From positions 22,060-86,059 of IMG/VR virus record IMGVR_UViG_3300044259_000047: 64,000 nucleotides of DNA. One strand, given 5' to 3'. Both the position numbers and the translations under genes were made by a program. The first letter of the stretch is position 1. Each line of letters opens with the position of its first letter. Positions 1 to 10,262 of the stretch are shown in pieces. The notes under the pieces were generated by a model. The model saw nothing but the letters and a program-made list of their open reading frames with translations, searched no databases and was not told the origin of the DNA. The DNA comes from a virus (taxonomy: Duplodnaviria; Caudoviricetes).

Positions 1-333
1 TTTGATAGTTTTAAAGAAGCTTTGAGTGATTTGTATGAATCTTCCAGAGAATTGTCTGAGCACGTTTACATTGGTGGCGATGCTTTTCAATATAATCGCC
101 ATACACACAAAAAATCTCAGTTTGGGGTTAATCTAAACTTTACCAAAGAAGAATATTATTATTTGTCTTGCATTTTAGGCCATCTGGTTCCTGATGGTGA
201 GATTAGTAAGAGTTTACTTGAGAAGTTTGATACTTTGGAATTAGATACCGCTGATTTTGATCGTGTGGAATTTAAGAGTGATACGATTGGAGGCCACTCT
301 ATGCAGCTTAATGAATTTAATTTGGAGAATTAA
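1..333 (+). CDS. hypothetical protein (probably 5'-truncated by the window edge)
   Basis: Frame is open from base 1 to TAA at 333; the next gene follows immediately. Confidence 0.6.
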   Translation, partial: FDSFKEALSDLYESSRELSEHVYIGGDAFQYNRHTHKKSQFGVNLNFTKEEYYYLSCILGHLVPDGEISKSLLEKFDTLELDTADFDRVEFKSDTIGGHSMQLNEFNLEN

Positions 334-335
334 TA

Positions 336-560
336 ATGCAATTTAGTATAGAAAAGATTACTAAAGAAAACGGAGAAGTCTCATACGCCCTTTATAAATA
401 TCCAGAAGCTTTTGGTGCTGAGTCTCAATTACCGTTCCCTGTTCCGAAAGAGCTTCTAGTTAAAGGACTCTTCTCCGTAGAAGAGGCCGAAGCTTACGCT
501 CAAGCTTATGTTGAATGTAAAGTAAAATCTGTTGAAACTGTAAAAACTTTTAATATCTGA
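336..560 (+). CDS. hypothetical protein
   Basis: 74-aa ORF with GGAG RBS, tightly packed. Confidence 0.7.
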   Translation: MQFSIEKITKENGEVSYALYKYPEAFGAESQLPFPVPKELLVKGLFSVEEAEAYAQAYVECKVKSVETVKTFNI

Positions 561-572
561 GGAGAATGAATA

Positions 573-830
573 ATGATCACTGAAAAAGAATTGTTCGACC
601 GTCTAGCTGACCTTGAAGCACAAAAGCTAACACTTGGTGACGATATTCGACAACTCAAAGCCGATGCCAAATATGATGAAGAAATGAATCCAAAGGGTTT
701 GTCTTCAGATGATATCAAACTCATTGCAGCGGCTGCTAAGCTACAAGCAAAAGCTGATTATGAAGAGAAGAAAGAAGCTGCAACTGCTGTATTTAAGAAG
801 TATGAAGAACTGAGTGGTTACAACGACTAA
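573..830 (+). CDS. small coiled-coil DNA-binding protein, GapR/DUF2312-like
   Basis: ELFDRLADLEAQKLTLGDDIRQLKADAK pattern resembles GapR/DUF2312; strong RBS GAGGAG. Confidence 0.55.
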   Translation: MITEKELFDRLADLEAQKLTLGDDIRQLKADAKYDEEMNPKGLSSDDIKLIAAAAKLQAKADYEEKKEAATAVFKKYEELSGYND

Positions 831-840
831 AATAAATACC

Positions 841-860
841 GGGGCCGAAAGGCCCTTTTT
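841..860 (+). terminator. intrinsic terminator
   Basis: GGGCC-GAAA-GGCCC followed by TTTTT. Confidence 0.85.
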
Positions 861-874
861 AGTAAGAGGTGTAA

Positions 875-1936
875 ATGGCAGAATATGAAAAGGCACTTCT
901 AGATGCGGACACTCCGGTTCTAAGGGCTGCATTGTCAGTTCAGAATAACTTTGTACTAGTAACAAATAAAGGTACTGGTAAGACTGTACGGTTTGACAAT
1001 CAAACAGCTTTTTGGGGGCACTGGAAGAACAAAGCAGGTGGTAAGCTTAAAGAATACAACGATGTTCGTAAAAGCAAAGGCTTGGAGATTTGGACTCCTG
1101 ACGACTTTGAACTAGAAGAATGTAGTGAGTTAAATCCTGACATTGAAGATCACATTAATAAAGCTGTAGAACAGTTTGATTATTTCGTTGGACGAATCAA
1201 GCGTTATGGTTTTGCAAATGATTATGTTCTTGGTATTGGTGGGGAAGGTAATTTCCGAAAAGATATTGCACAGATACTTCCGTACAAGGGACTTCGTAAA
1301 GACAAGCCTCTGTTGTTTCACGAAGTAAAAGAAGCAATTGTCCAGAAGTACAAAAGTAAAGTTGTAATCAGCAACAACCAAGAAGTTGACGACTGGGCAG
1401 GTATTGAGGGCTTTAAAAATTACAAACACTTCCTCAAAACAGGTAAGTGGAAGAATGTTCTAGGTTTCTGCGATAAGGATCTTGCACAGATTATTAGTCC
1501 TCAGTTTAACTATCTTGATGATAATGCTAAGGTATTTATACCCACACCAGAAGATGCAGCAAGGGCTTTTACAGTGCAATTGCTTTGTGGCGATAAGGGA
1601 ACTGATAACATCCAAGGTTTACCAAACTTTACAGAAGAGATTAGACAGAAATATTCTCTAGGTAAAACCAAAGGCATTGGTAAAGCTACAGCACTTAAAT
1701 ATCTTGAAGGCTCTAGTGATATTAAGGAAATGTTCTCTCGTGTTGTTGAAGCTTACAAGAGTTATTACGGCAATGAGAAGCAAGAGTTTGTATCTTGGCG
1801 AGATGAGTGTTTGATGTGGGATTGGCTTGACTACTTACAAGATAACGCACAACTCTTATGGCTGCGAAGAGAAGAGGGTGAAATGTATCATATTTGTACA
1901 ACATTAGATCGGCTGGGGGTGGACTATCGCTCGTAA
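875..1936 (+). CDS. 5'-3' exonuclease / RNase H-like (T7 gp6/T5 D15 type)
   Basis: LLDAD, NFR..YKG.R, EVDD, DKDL, GD..DNI.G and GIG..TA motifs. Confidence 0.85.
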   Translation: MAEYEKALLDADTPVLRAALSVQNNFVLVTNKGTGKTVRFDNQTAFWGHWKNKAGGKLKEYNDVRKSKGLEIWTPDDFELEECSELNPDIEDHINKAVEQFDYFVGRIKRYGFANDYVLGIGGEGNFRKDIAQILPYKGLRKDKPLLFHEVKEAIVQKYKSKVVISNNQEVDDWAGIEGFKNYKHFLKTGKWKNVLGFCDKDLAQIISPQFNYLDDNAKVFIPTPEDAARAFTVQLLCGDKGTDNIQGLPNFTEEIRQKYSLGKTKGIGKATALKYLEGSSDIKEMFSRVVEAYKSYYGNEKQEFVSWRDECLMWDWLDYLQDNAQLLWLRREEGEMYHICTTLDRLGVDYRS

Positions 1937-2315
1937 AACGCCCCCATGGCCTAAGTATGAGGCTTGGACAACAAGCAGATATTGGACTTTTCTACGGTCT
2001 GGACTGCGCAGTTTAAGTCGTAAATGGCCGCCGATATATGAATGCCTACACAGAGCCAGACGACCTTACAAGGGCGAAAATAAGCGTAAGAAATGGGAAT
2101 ACCAGTGTGCTGAGTGCAAAGAATGGTTTGACGCTAAAAACGTTGCTGTTGATCACAGAATCCCTTGTGGTGAGCTAAACTCTTACGAAGATTTACCCGG
2201 CTTTGTAGAAAGGCTTTTTTGTAGTGCTGATGAGCTTGACTGTCTTTGCCATACGTGCCATGATAGCAAAACCAAAAAAGAACGTGAGGATAAAAAGAAT
2301 GCAAAAACTAACTAA
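1926..2315 (+). CDS. HNH endonuclease with zinc finger, absent from the ORF track; apparent ATC start
   Basis: Own translation: IARKTPPW...YQCAECKEWF...VDHRIPCG...CLCHTCHDSKT, 129 codons with no in-frame ATG/GTG/TTG. Confidence 0.8.
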   Translation: MARKTPPWPKYEAWTTSRYWTFLRSGLRSLSRKWPPIYECLHRARRPYKGENKRKKWEYQCAECKEWFDAKNVAVDHRIPCGELNSYEDLPGFVERLFCSADELDCLCHTCHDSKTKKEREDKKNAKTN

Positions 2316-2559
2316 AGAACAAATGCTTACACAGCTTATGATTAAGCTTGACCAGATTGAATATAAGCTGGATAAGGTGTTGAGTTTAAATCCCCAAATT
2401 CAAAGTGTAGTTACAGGTAACGCTTTTCTAGTTCATGGTAATTCGGACGGTAAGCCACCCCGTTGGAACAACGAATCATGTATTGATTATATGAAACGCA
2501 TTGGTGAGCTAAACACTGCACAGTCAGATGAAGAAGCTTTCAGAGAGGAATGTAAGTGA
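2299..2559 (+). CDS. hypothetical protein
   Basis: ATG at 2299 after GAGG; the longer track ORF overlaps the HNH gene. Confidence 0.6.
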   Translation: MQKLTKEQMLTQLMIKLDQIEYKLDKVLSLNPQIQSVVTGNAFLVHGNSDGKPPRWNNESCIDYMKRIGELNTAQSDEEAFREECK

Positions 2560-2645
2560 ATTATTGGACAGCTTATTTCACAGCCTCATTTATTGAATAT
2601 GCAACTTTCTTCTATGTATTCACAAATCAATTGGGAATCTAGCTT

Positions 2646-3055
2646 ATGAAAGATGATAATGTGATTTCTCTGTTTGCTAAGAAAAATCTTTCAGAAACTA
2701 AAGAAACTCCTGAAGAGATTGTACTTAGATTTCATTTAAAACTTGATGAAGTGTTGGCTGAATTTCACTTTCTAAATCCTTGTGAGAAATATGAGGTGAT
2801 GTCAAGTACAATCAAGATTTGTAAAGATGTGTTTGAACTATATTTTGATATGAAGAAGAGGGTAGAAATCTAATGCAAGTAGATATTTCAATTGATGGCG
2901 AAAGTTACCGTCTGGGTAAAATTAAAAATATTACCAAAGTAACTTCCAAAGAAGGTTACATTCAATTTTGGCGAAATGATTATTGTATTGCCACTTACAG
3001 TCTGGAAGAGTATGCTAAAACTTTAAATTTTGAAGTTGTGGAGGAAGATGAGTGA
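2646..3055 (+). CDS. two hypothetical proteins (2646-2873, 2873-3055)
   Basis: Translationally coupled small ORFs. Confidence 0.6.
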
Positions 3056-3819
3056 GTAAGCACCTAATCGTAGCGGATACCCAGTGTAAGCCGGGTCACG
3101 ACCTAAGTTATATGTCAGCTATTGGCCAATACATTGCAGCTAAACGACCAGACGTTATTATTCATATTGGCGACCATTACGACTTTGAAAGCCTAAGTTC
3201 TTATGATCGTGGTAAGAAATCCTTTGAAGGTCGTCGTTTGATTGCTGATATCGAAGCGGGTAATAAAGGCATGGAGCTTATGATGAAACCCATTTGGGAT
3301 CTTCAACGAGCACAACGCCGATATAAAAAGAAAGTATACAATCCACGGCTTGTATTTTGTGTCGGGAACCATGAGCAGCGCTTCGACCGCGTTGCAAATG
3401 ATATGCCTGAGTTTGAAGGCTTCGTAGGTACAGAGACGTTACACCTAGAACGATATGGTTTTGAAGTACATGATTTCTTGCTTCCTGTAGAAATTGATGG
3501 TATTTTCTATGTACATTACCTTGCTAACCCATTCACAGGAAAACCTTACGGCGGTACAGCAATGAGTCAGCTTAAAACTGTAGGTCGATCCTTTGTTGTA
3601 GGGCATAAGCAATGTCTTGATATTGCAATTCGACCAAGTTTAGATGGTAAAATGCAGATTGGTATTATCAACGGTGCCTGCTATCCTCATGAAGAGGCAT
3701 ATAAAGGTTATCAAGGTAATAATCACTTCCGTGGTTTGACTATGCTACATGATGTTAAAGATGGATTTGGCAATCCGATGATGGTAAGTTTAGATTATTT
3801 GATGGAGAAATATGCCTAA
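3052..3819 (+). CDS. calcineurin-like metallophosphoesterase
   Basis: D-x-Q, GDHYD, GNHE and GH motifs. Confidence 0.85.
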   Translation: MSKHLIVADTQCKPGHDLSYMSAIGQYIAAKRPDVIIHIGDHYDFESLSSYDRGKKSFEGRRLIADIEAGNKGMELMMKPIWDLQRAQRRYKKKVYNPRLVFCVGNHEQRFDRVANDMPEFEGFVGTETLHLERYGFEVHDFLLPVEIDGIFYVHYLANPFTGKPYGGTAMSQLKTVGRSFVVGHKQCLDIAIRPSLDGKMQIGIINGACYPHEEAYKGYQGNNHFRGLTMLHDVKDGFGNPMMVSLDYLMEKYA

Positions 3820-4444
3820 AGTTTGTTTAATCGCGGGTTGGGGTATAAATGATAGCAATGGGGATGTGAAAAATAATCCTCACTATCAAAGATGGGATAG
3901 TATGTTAAGGCGGTGCTACAAGCCTTATAGTGAAAAGACCGCGATGGTCTATCAAGGTTGTAGTGTTGATGACCGATGGAAATATTTTTCTGAATTTGAA
4001 AAGTGGTCAAAACAGAACTATGTTGATGGATACCAACTAGATAAAGATCTTCTGTTACAAGGTAATAAAGTCTACGGTCCAGAGTTTTGTAGGTATGTCC
4101 CTGCTTTTGTTAACTCAAGTATAGTTACTCATGATAGAGGTAGAGGGGAATATCCATTAGGAGTTTCTAAAATGAAACCTTGTAAAAGGTCAACGAATGG
4201 GAGGAAAAAGCCCTTCCTTGTGAAAATGACAGACGAAGGCTTGACCAAGAATTTTGGGTATTTTTCTGACCCGGTGGAAGCGCATAAGGTTTGGCAAATA
4301 GAAAAAGCTAAACAGCTTCAAAAGGTCTTGTACAATTATGTCGAATGTGCTAATTTTGATACTGAAATAGCTTGCAGTTTAAATGCTAAAATTTGGAAAC
4401 TTCTATTAGACAACTCTTTAAATATTGAAACTACAGGACTATGA
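3812..4444 (+). CDS. putative free-standing homing endonuclease (HNH-like, AP2-like C-terminus)
   Basis: W.SMLRRCY, Y.GCSV...W..FS.F..W, LDKDLL..GNKVY.PE.C..VP..N, YPLGV. Confidence 0.75.
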   Translation: MPKVCLIAGWGINDSNGDVKNNPHYQRWDSMLRRCYKPYSEKTAMVYQGCSVDDRWKYFSEFEKWSKQNYVDGYQLDKDLLLQGNKVYGPEFCRYVPAFVNSSIVTHDRGRGEYPLGVSKMKPCKRSTNGRKKPFLVKMTDEGLTKNFGYFSDPVEAHKVWQIEKAKQLQKVLYNYVECANFDTEIACSLNAKIWKLLLDNSLNIETTGL

Positions 4445-5064
4445 ACATGAAAGTCGGAGACACTGTTAAACTAAAACCTGCAATGTGGCAAGGGATACGG
4501 CCTGAAGCCTATGGACTTAGTTTCGCTAGAGAGTATGTTGTCAGTACGGTTTATGAAGATCAAGAGTATCCAAGCTTGCGTATTGAAGGAATTGCTGGTA
4601 CGTTTGATGTTGAAGCTTTTCAATTGGTAAAGGAGAAAGAGGTGAGTAAATTTAAGGTTGGGAATAAGGTGATTTGTACTCATCGAGTAGACGGTAATTG
4701 GTACATGATCGGTGATGAGCTAGAGATTAGCGCTTGTCTTGGTGAAGTGTTTGATAATGGTCGCCGTTATATCGCTTATAATGTGGCAGCACATAAGGAT
4801 AAAGGTGTTTGGATTGAAGAGAGCGACTTTGAGTTGGTTAAACACTCTAAATCTTCTCTTGATGTTCAAGTAGGCGGAAGTCACTATAAAGACAAGGGAA
4901 TTCAACCTGTTGAATATTGCTACCAAAACAATCTAGGTTTCCTTGAATCTAATGTGGTGAAGTATGTCTCTCGCCACAAGGATAAAAACAAGGCTGATGA
5001 TATTAAAAAGGCTATCCACTACTGCAAATTTATCCTTGAGTTTGAATATGGAATTGTAGAATGA
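4441..5064 (+). CDS. DUF3310 / T7 gp1.7-like nucleotide-kinase domain protein
   Basis: C-terminal QVGGSHY...IQP.EY...NVVKYVSR..K....DIKKA.HY. Confidence 0.75.
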   Translation: MNMKVGDTVKLKPAMWQGIRPEAYGLSFAREYVVSTVYEDQEYPSLRIEGIAGTFDVEAFQLVKEKEVSKFKVGNKVICTHRVDGNWYMIGDELEISACLGEVFDNGRRYIAYNVAAHKDKGVWIEESDFELVKHSKSSLDVQVGGSHYKDKGIQPVEYCYQNNLGFLESNVVKYVSRHKDKNKADDIKKAIHYCKFILEFEYGIVE

Positions 5065-5609
5065 AACGTCTAATCTCTGTTGATTGTGATTTGACTGTTT
5101 GTCCTTCCGACCAAGGATGGTCTAAGTGGCTACAAGAAAGAACAGAAGGTCCAAAATCTTGGATTGAATATACGAATCAAAGGCCTTATAACTTAGCAGA
5201 GATTTACAAAGATGTTGAAGATCCTTTCAAATACTGGCGAGAACTTGATTACTTCCAATTACAACCTATTGAAGGTGCTGTTGATAAACTAAAAAATTTA
5301 AGTCAATACTTTAACATCTGCTTTGTTAGTGCTCATAAAGGCCAACACAGTAAGAGCAAGTACTATTGGTTGGAAGAGCATTTCCCATTCAATTGTGGTG
5401 TAATTCTTACTAAAGAAAAACACCTTATGAATGATTCAGTGCTATGTCATATTGATGATCGAAAAGATATGCTAGAAAAGTTTGACACTCACAAACGAGT
5501 GCTATACAATACCCCCTACAAGCAATCCTCTGATTGTTCTGTGAATATGGTGATTAATAATTGGGAAGATTTTAGTGTCTCTGAATTTTGTAAGGAATAT
5601 CTTAAGTGA
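5061..5609 (+). CDS. HAD-family 5'(3')-deoxyribonucleotidase
   Basis: DCDLT, K..WL..HFP and IDD motifs. Confidence 0.75.
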   Translation: MKRLISVDCDLTVCPSDQGWSKWLQERTEGPKSWIEYTNQRPYNLAEIYKDVEDPFKYWRELDYFQLQPIEGAVDKLKNLSQYFNICFVSAHKGQHSKSKYYWLEEHFPFNCGVILTKEKHLMNDSVLCHIDDRKDMLEKFDTHKRVLYNTPYKQSSDCSVNMVINNWEDFSVSEFCKEYLK

Positions 5610-5761
5610 ATAAGTTTGGTAAAGATGATTTGTATTTGATTGTAGATTTCCTTGAACAACAGATTGAACTACACTATGATCTGTATGGTGATGAGTTTGA
5701 GGAAGATAAAGAAATGTTTAGCAAAACCCGAGAAGTAATTAAAAGTCTAATTAAGGAGTAA
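5606..5761 (+). CDS. small hypothetical protein
   Basis: 51-aa GTG ORF filling the gap, overlapping the upstream stop. Confidence 0.55.
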   Translation: MNKFGKDDLYLIVDFLEQQIELHYDLYGDEFEEDKEMFSKTREVIKSLIKE

Positions 5762-5764
5762 GAA

Positions 5765-6196
5765 TTGAAAGTCAAAGTAAAACGTCTGTATGAATCCGCT
5801 AAACTGCCAACCTATGCGACTGATGGTAGCGGTTGTTTTGATATCTACACTATGCTAAATGGTGATACTGAACACAACGATCCCCACACATTTTCAACTG
5901 GTCTTGCATTTGAAATTCCAGAAGATCATGTTATGCTTGTCTTTAGTCGTAGCGGTCACGGATTTAAACATGACGTTCGTCTGAGCAATTGTGTAGGAGT
6001 GATTGACTCAGATTATCGAGGAGAGCTAAAAGTCAAACTAGCTTGTGATAAAATCAATTGGGGTCTAGACTTTGCTGCTGGTGATCGAGTAGCACAAGGG
6101 ATGATTATTCCAATCGAGAAAGTAGAATTTGAAGAAGTTCGTGAACTGTCAGAAACAGTTCGTGGTACTGGCGGTTTTGGTAGCAGTGGTAAGTAA
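5765..6196 (+). CDS. dut: dUTPase (trimeric)
   Basis: RSG, GVIDSDYRGE, RVAQ and RG.GGFGSSG motifs. Confidence 0.95.
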   Translation: MKVKVKRLYESAKLPTYATDGSGCFDIYTMLNGDTEHNDPHTFSTGLAFEIPEDHVMLVFSRSGHGFKHDVRLSNCVGVIDSDYRGELKVKLACDKINWGLDFAAGDRVAQGMIIPIEKVEFEEVRELSETVRGTGGFGSSGK

Positions 6197-6208
6197 GGAG
6201 AATTAATA

Positions 6209-6886
6209 ATGAGGTTTGATTTCATCAAATGTCGTGTAATTGGAGTTACACAACCTGTTGTAGATTTTATTCCAGACAGTGAAGGCATCATTTCCTATGC
6301 CGCACGAGTTAGCGCACCAAACAATCAAACTAACTTTGATACAGCAGCTAAGCTTCTTAAGTATTGTGTAGAACATCAACATTATTCTGTGTTTGAAACT
6401 TGTAACATCACAATGGAGATTGAAGCTCCTAGAGACATTGCACGTCAGATCCTACGTCACCGTAGCTTTAGTTTTCAGGAGTTCAGTCAAAGGTACGCAG
6501 AGAGCACAGACTTCATTACTCGGGAGTGTCGCCTACAGGACGAGAAGAACCGTCAGAACAGCATCCCCCTAAATCGCAAGAACGAAGCAGAAAACGAGCT
6601 TTATTATTGGTGGCTAGATCAGCAAAGCTATTTGCTAGAAGAAATTAAACACGTCTATGAGCGTGCTATTGAACAAGGCATTGCAAAAGAAGTTGCTCGT
6701 TGTATCTTGCCAGAAGGTCTTACAATGAGTAAGATGTACATGAATGGTACTGTCCGCTCTTGGCTGCACTATATTCAGCTACGAGAGGCAAACGGAACAC
6801 AACTTGAACATTGTGATGTGGCAATTAAAGCAAAAGAAGAAGTGTTGAAGTATTTCCCGTTTCTTGGAACTGTATTGGAGAAGTAA
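6209..6886 (+). CDS. thyX: flavin-dependent thymidylate synthase
   Basis: H.SVFE and RQILRHRSFSFQEFSQRY motifs. Confidence 0.95.
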   Translation: MRFDFIKCRVIGVTQPVVDFIPDSEGIISYAARVSAPNNQTNFDTAAKLLKYCVEHQHYSVFETCNITMEIEAPRDIARQILRHRSFSFQEFSQRYAESTDFITRECRLQDEKNRQNSIPLNRKNEAENELYYWWLDQQSYLLEEIKHVYERAIEQGIAKEVARCILPEGLTMSKMYMNGTVRSWLHYIQLREANGTQLEHCDVAIKAKEEVLKYFPFLGTVLEK

Positions 6887-6887
6887 A

Positions 6888-7486
6888 ATGAATTCAATAG
6901 ATTATGGTTTTTGTGACTATTTAGACGCTCTATGGAACTTGTATCAAGTACGTGGGGGATTTACTAGTGCAAATGCGGCTAGACATATCATGGATATTCG
7001 CGAAGAGATTTATTTAGCTTGGCTTGAAGATCAACCAGCCCAAGAATTTTACCTAGAAGACGCAGTATGGGATGATGAAGAATGAGTGAAATTGCACGAA
7101 ACATTAGCTTCTACCTACTAATGCAAGACAAAGAAGCTAAAGCAGTAATTGAATCTGGTGATGAAAAGAAGTTTAAAGACATTTTATATAAATGGGGTTG
7201 TGATGTTTACAACCAACCTTATGAAGTAGTTTCTTGTGAGCATCGACCAGTAGAAGGTAAACCTTTTGTGTTCAATGGTCCTCTAGTTGTCTCATCAGAG
7301 CGAATTGATGATTCTTGGATCAATAGCGGGTTTGCATCATTTAATGCTAAAGTGGCAAGTACTGGAGATATTGGGCTTAAACTACAGCTTGAGCAGATGA
7401 GTAGACAAGGCAGTAGTGAGAGGGCGTTTACAAATAAAAGTGCAGCCCGTAAAGCGGTAAAAGAAGAAAAGAGTCGTCAAGATTAA
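6888..7486 (+). CDS. two hypothetical proteins (6888-7085, 7082-7486)
   Basis: Coupled ORFs between thyX and nrdB. Confidence 0.6.
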
Positions 7487-7495
7487 GGAGAACTT

Positions 7496-8497
7496 GTGAA
7501 GACGCAAATTGAGACAAAGAAAGATACTTATACGATTGACTATCCACAAGCTGTTCAAGCAGCACAAGAACAAACTAAGATTATCTGGTTTGCTGAAGAG
7601 CTTGGTGTAGAGAAGGATGAGAACGACATCCGCACTAAATGTACAGAGGGTGAGCGCCATGGTATCACAACTGTACTAAAGCTGTTCACTCAATATGAGT
7701 TGATGCTGGGCGGGGAAGAGTTTTGGGGCGCTAAGGTAACTAAGATGTTCCCACGTCCCGAGATTGAACGTATGGCTGCGACCTTCTCATTTGTTGAACT
7801 TGGGATTCATGCACCATTTTATGATCTGATCAACAAGACTTTGGGTATTGCTACGGATGAGTTTTATTCTTCATGGCAACAAGATGAAGTAATGCGTGAC
7901 CGTGTAGCTTTTATTGAAAAGTATGCACAAAGCGAAGATGCACTAGAGGCCACAGCAGCTTTTGCTTTTATGGAAGGTGTTGTACTGTTCTCTAACTTTG
8001 CTTTCTTGAAGAGCTTTAATGTTGGAGGCTTCAATTTAATTCCTCATATCACAGCAGGTATCGATGGCTCTGCAAAAGATGAGAACTACCACTCAATGGC
8101 ATCTGCTTGGCTGTTTAATCAGTGCCTAAAAGAGCGTGAACAACTAGGTTTGATTGATTCAAATGGCAAGCAGAACCTTCGTAAAAAGATTAAACGCATT
8201 GCTGAAAAAGTTTACGAGCATGAAGAGTCACTCTGTAAGCGTATTTTTGAGAAAGGTAATATTCGCACTATTACCGAAGAGGAAATTCTTGATTTTATCA
8301 AAGATCGGATTAACATGGTGTTGAGTTATTTAAACATCAAACCTCTGTATGAAAAAGAAACTGGGGTAGTAACAGAGTGGTTCTATTCCCAACTGAATAG
8401 CTTCAAGTATTCAGACTTTTTCCAAAGTCAGCAACTACAGTATGTTCGGTCTTGGAAGAAACACGATTTGAAATTTAATATGGAGTTTGTTAAGTGA
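7496..8497 (+). CDS. nrdB: ribonucleotide reductase class Ia beta subunit
   Basis: W..EE....D, E.GIH..FY, EGVVLFSNF, DENYH, DFF. Confidence 0.92.
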   Translation: MKTQIETKKDTYTIDYPQAVQAAQEQTKIIWFAEELGVEKDENDIRTKCTEGERHGITTVLKLFTQYELMLGGEEFWGAKVTKMFPRPEIERMAATFSFVELGIHAPFYDLINKTLGIATDEFYSSWQQDEVMRDRVAFIEKYAQSEDALEATAAFAFMEGVVLFSNFAFLKSFNVGGFNLIPHITAGIDGSAKDENYHSMASAWLFNQCLKEREQLGLIDSNGKQNLRKKIKRIAEKVYEHEESLCKRIFEKGNIRTITEEEILDFIKDRINMVLSYLNIKPLYEKETGVVTEWFYSQLNSFKYSDFFQSQQLQYVRSWKKHDLKFNMEFVK

Positions 8498-10182
8498 GTC
8501 AAAGTTACGAAGAACTATCTATTGAGCGTAAAGAGTTACAAAAGAAAGGTTGGCTTCCTGATTGGTATACCACATTTGGCTGGCAGATGTTCAAAGCTAA
8601 GTATGCTTATGGTGGAGAAGAAGGTGCTAAAGGACGTTGGAGAACTATTGCTAAAACTCTTTCAAAATATGCTCCTGGCGACAAAAAAGAGTGGGAAGAA
8701 AAGTTCTTTAACCTGATGTGGAAGGGTTGGCTAAGTCCAGCCTCTCCGGTTCTCAGTAATACCGGGACAGATCGGGGGTTGAATGTAAGTTGTTCTGGTC
8801 TTGTAGTTGGAGATAGTATTGATAGCTTCTATAGCACACTACGAGAACAGGCATTGCTATCTAAATACGGTTTTGGCTGTTCTGGCGACTTTAGCGGTAT
8901 TCGTCCACGCGGTAGTGCTATCAGTGGCGGAGGTCATGCATCTGGTGTAGTTCCTGTTATTGAAGACTTTGCTATGATGACTTCTAAAGTAAGTCAAGGT
9001 GGTAATCGTCGAGGTTCTACCGCAAGTTACATTCCAATTGATCATGGTGACTTCTACGAGCTATGTGATAAAGTGGAAGCTGAACCAGATGGTTTTAACA
9101 TCGGATACATCATTACTGATGACTTCATTGAGCGTCTAAAAGTTGGCGATAAAGATGCACATGAACGATTCTCCCGTAGTCTGTATGTAAAGCTTGTAAC
9201 AGGTAAAGGTTACTATTTTAAAATTGGAGAGGCTAATCGTAAACGCCCTAAGATGTATAAAGACTTGGGTCTTGATATTAAAGCTACAAACCTTTGTACG
9301 GAAATCATGCTTCACTCCTCAGAGTCTATGACTTACAGTTGTATCTTGTCTAGCATGAACCTAGCTAAATACGATGAATGGAAAGATACCGATGCTGTGT
9401 TTGATTCAATGGTTTTCTTGGACTGCCTGTGCTCAGACTTTCTTGAAAAATCAGAAGGTATTGCAGGACTAGAAAAGGTTCGTAAGTTCACTGAGAAAGG
9501 CCGTGCTGTTGGCTTGGGTGTGATGGGCTTTAGCACTTACCTGCAAAGTAAACGGATTGCTTATGAATCACTAGAAGCTCAATTCCTAAATGCGGAAATG
9601 TTTAAAAAGCTTCGTGATGATAGTCTTAAAGCTTCTGAATACTTGGCAAAAGAATTGGGCTCACCTGAGTGGTGTCGTGGTTATGGTGTTCGCAACACTC
9701 ACCGTACTGCTCTAGCTCCAACCAAATCTAGTTCTATCTTAATGGGAGGTGTTAGTGAAATGACTTCTCCCGATCCGGGTATGTGTTATGAACAATCAAG
9801 TGCTGCTGGCGGTATGAAGCGTGTGAATGGTGAGCTTTACAAGTTGATGGTTGAACGTGGTGTTTACAACAAGAAAACCATCGATGATATCATTAACAAC
9901 ATGGGTTCTGTACAACATGTATCGTGGTTGAGTCAAGAAGAAAAATGGGTGTTCAAGACAGCTTTTGAGATTGACCAAGAAGTGATTCTACGGTACGCTT
10001 CACAACGGCAGAAGCACCTATGTCAAGGTCAGAGTCTGAATTTCTTTTTTGCTGAAGATGAAAAGAAGATTTCTGAGATTCATACGAAAGCTTTGCTAGA
10101 TCCAAATATTTTAAGCTTGTACTATATCTATAGCCGTTCTGGTGTGGTTGTAAATAGCGAATGTTTGGCTTGTAGTGCTTGA
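8494..10182 (+). CDS. nrdA: ribonucleotide reductase class Ia alpha subunit (short, no ATP cone evident)
   Basis: SPASP, SC, NLCTE, GLGVMG, APT.SSS, QGQSLN and C-terminal CLAC. Confidence 0.93.
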   Translation: MSQSYEELSIERKELQKKGWLPDWYTTFGWQMFKAKYAYGGEEGAKGRWRTIAKTLSKYAPGDKKEWEEKFFNLMWKGWLSPASPVLSNTGTDRGLNVSCSGLVVGDSIDSFYSTLREQALLSKYGFGCSGDFSGIRPRGSAISGGGHASGVVPVIEDFAMMTSKVSQGGNRRGSTASYIPIDHGDFYELCDKVEAEPDGFNIGYIITDDFIERLKVGDKDAHERFSRSLYVKLVTGKGYYFKIGEANRKRPKMYKDLGLDIKATNLCTEIMLHSSESMTYSCILSSMNLAKYDEWKDTDAVFDSMVFLDCLCSDFLEKSEGIAGLEKVRKFTEKGRAVGLGVMGFSTYLQSKRIAYESLEAQFLNAEMFKKLRDDSLKASEYLAKELGSPEWCRGYGVRNTHRTALAPTKSSSILMGGVSEMTSPDPGMCYEQSSAAGGMKRVNGELYKLMVERGVYNKKTIDDIINNMGSVQHVSWLSQEEKWVFKTAFEIDQEVILRYASQRQKHLCQGQSLNFFFAEDEKKISEIHTKALLDPNILSLYYIYSRSGVVVNSECLACSA

Positions 10183-10246
10183 CACACCATAAAATCTGTT
10201 CTATCATTGAGGCATGTTCTGAAAGGGACATTGCCTCTTTCTTTTT
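10179..10246 (+). promoter_or_regulatory. sigma70-like promoter overlapping an intrinsic terminator
   Basis: TTGACA-17-TATCAT (10179-10207); hairpin 10209-10237 plus T tract. Confidence 0.7.
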
Positions 10247-10262
10247 ATTTGGAGATTATAAA

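Noticed and set aside
7496-10182. Introns or inteins in nrdA/nrdB (also checked terL and thyX)
   Set aside because: The ORFs are continuous, of normal or short length, with no intein motifs
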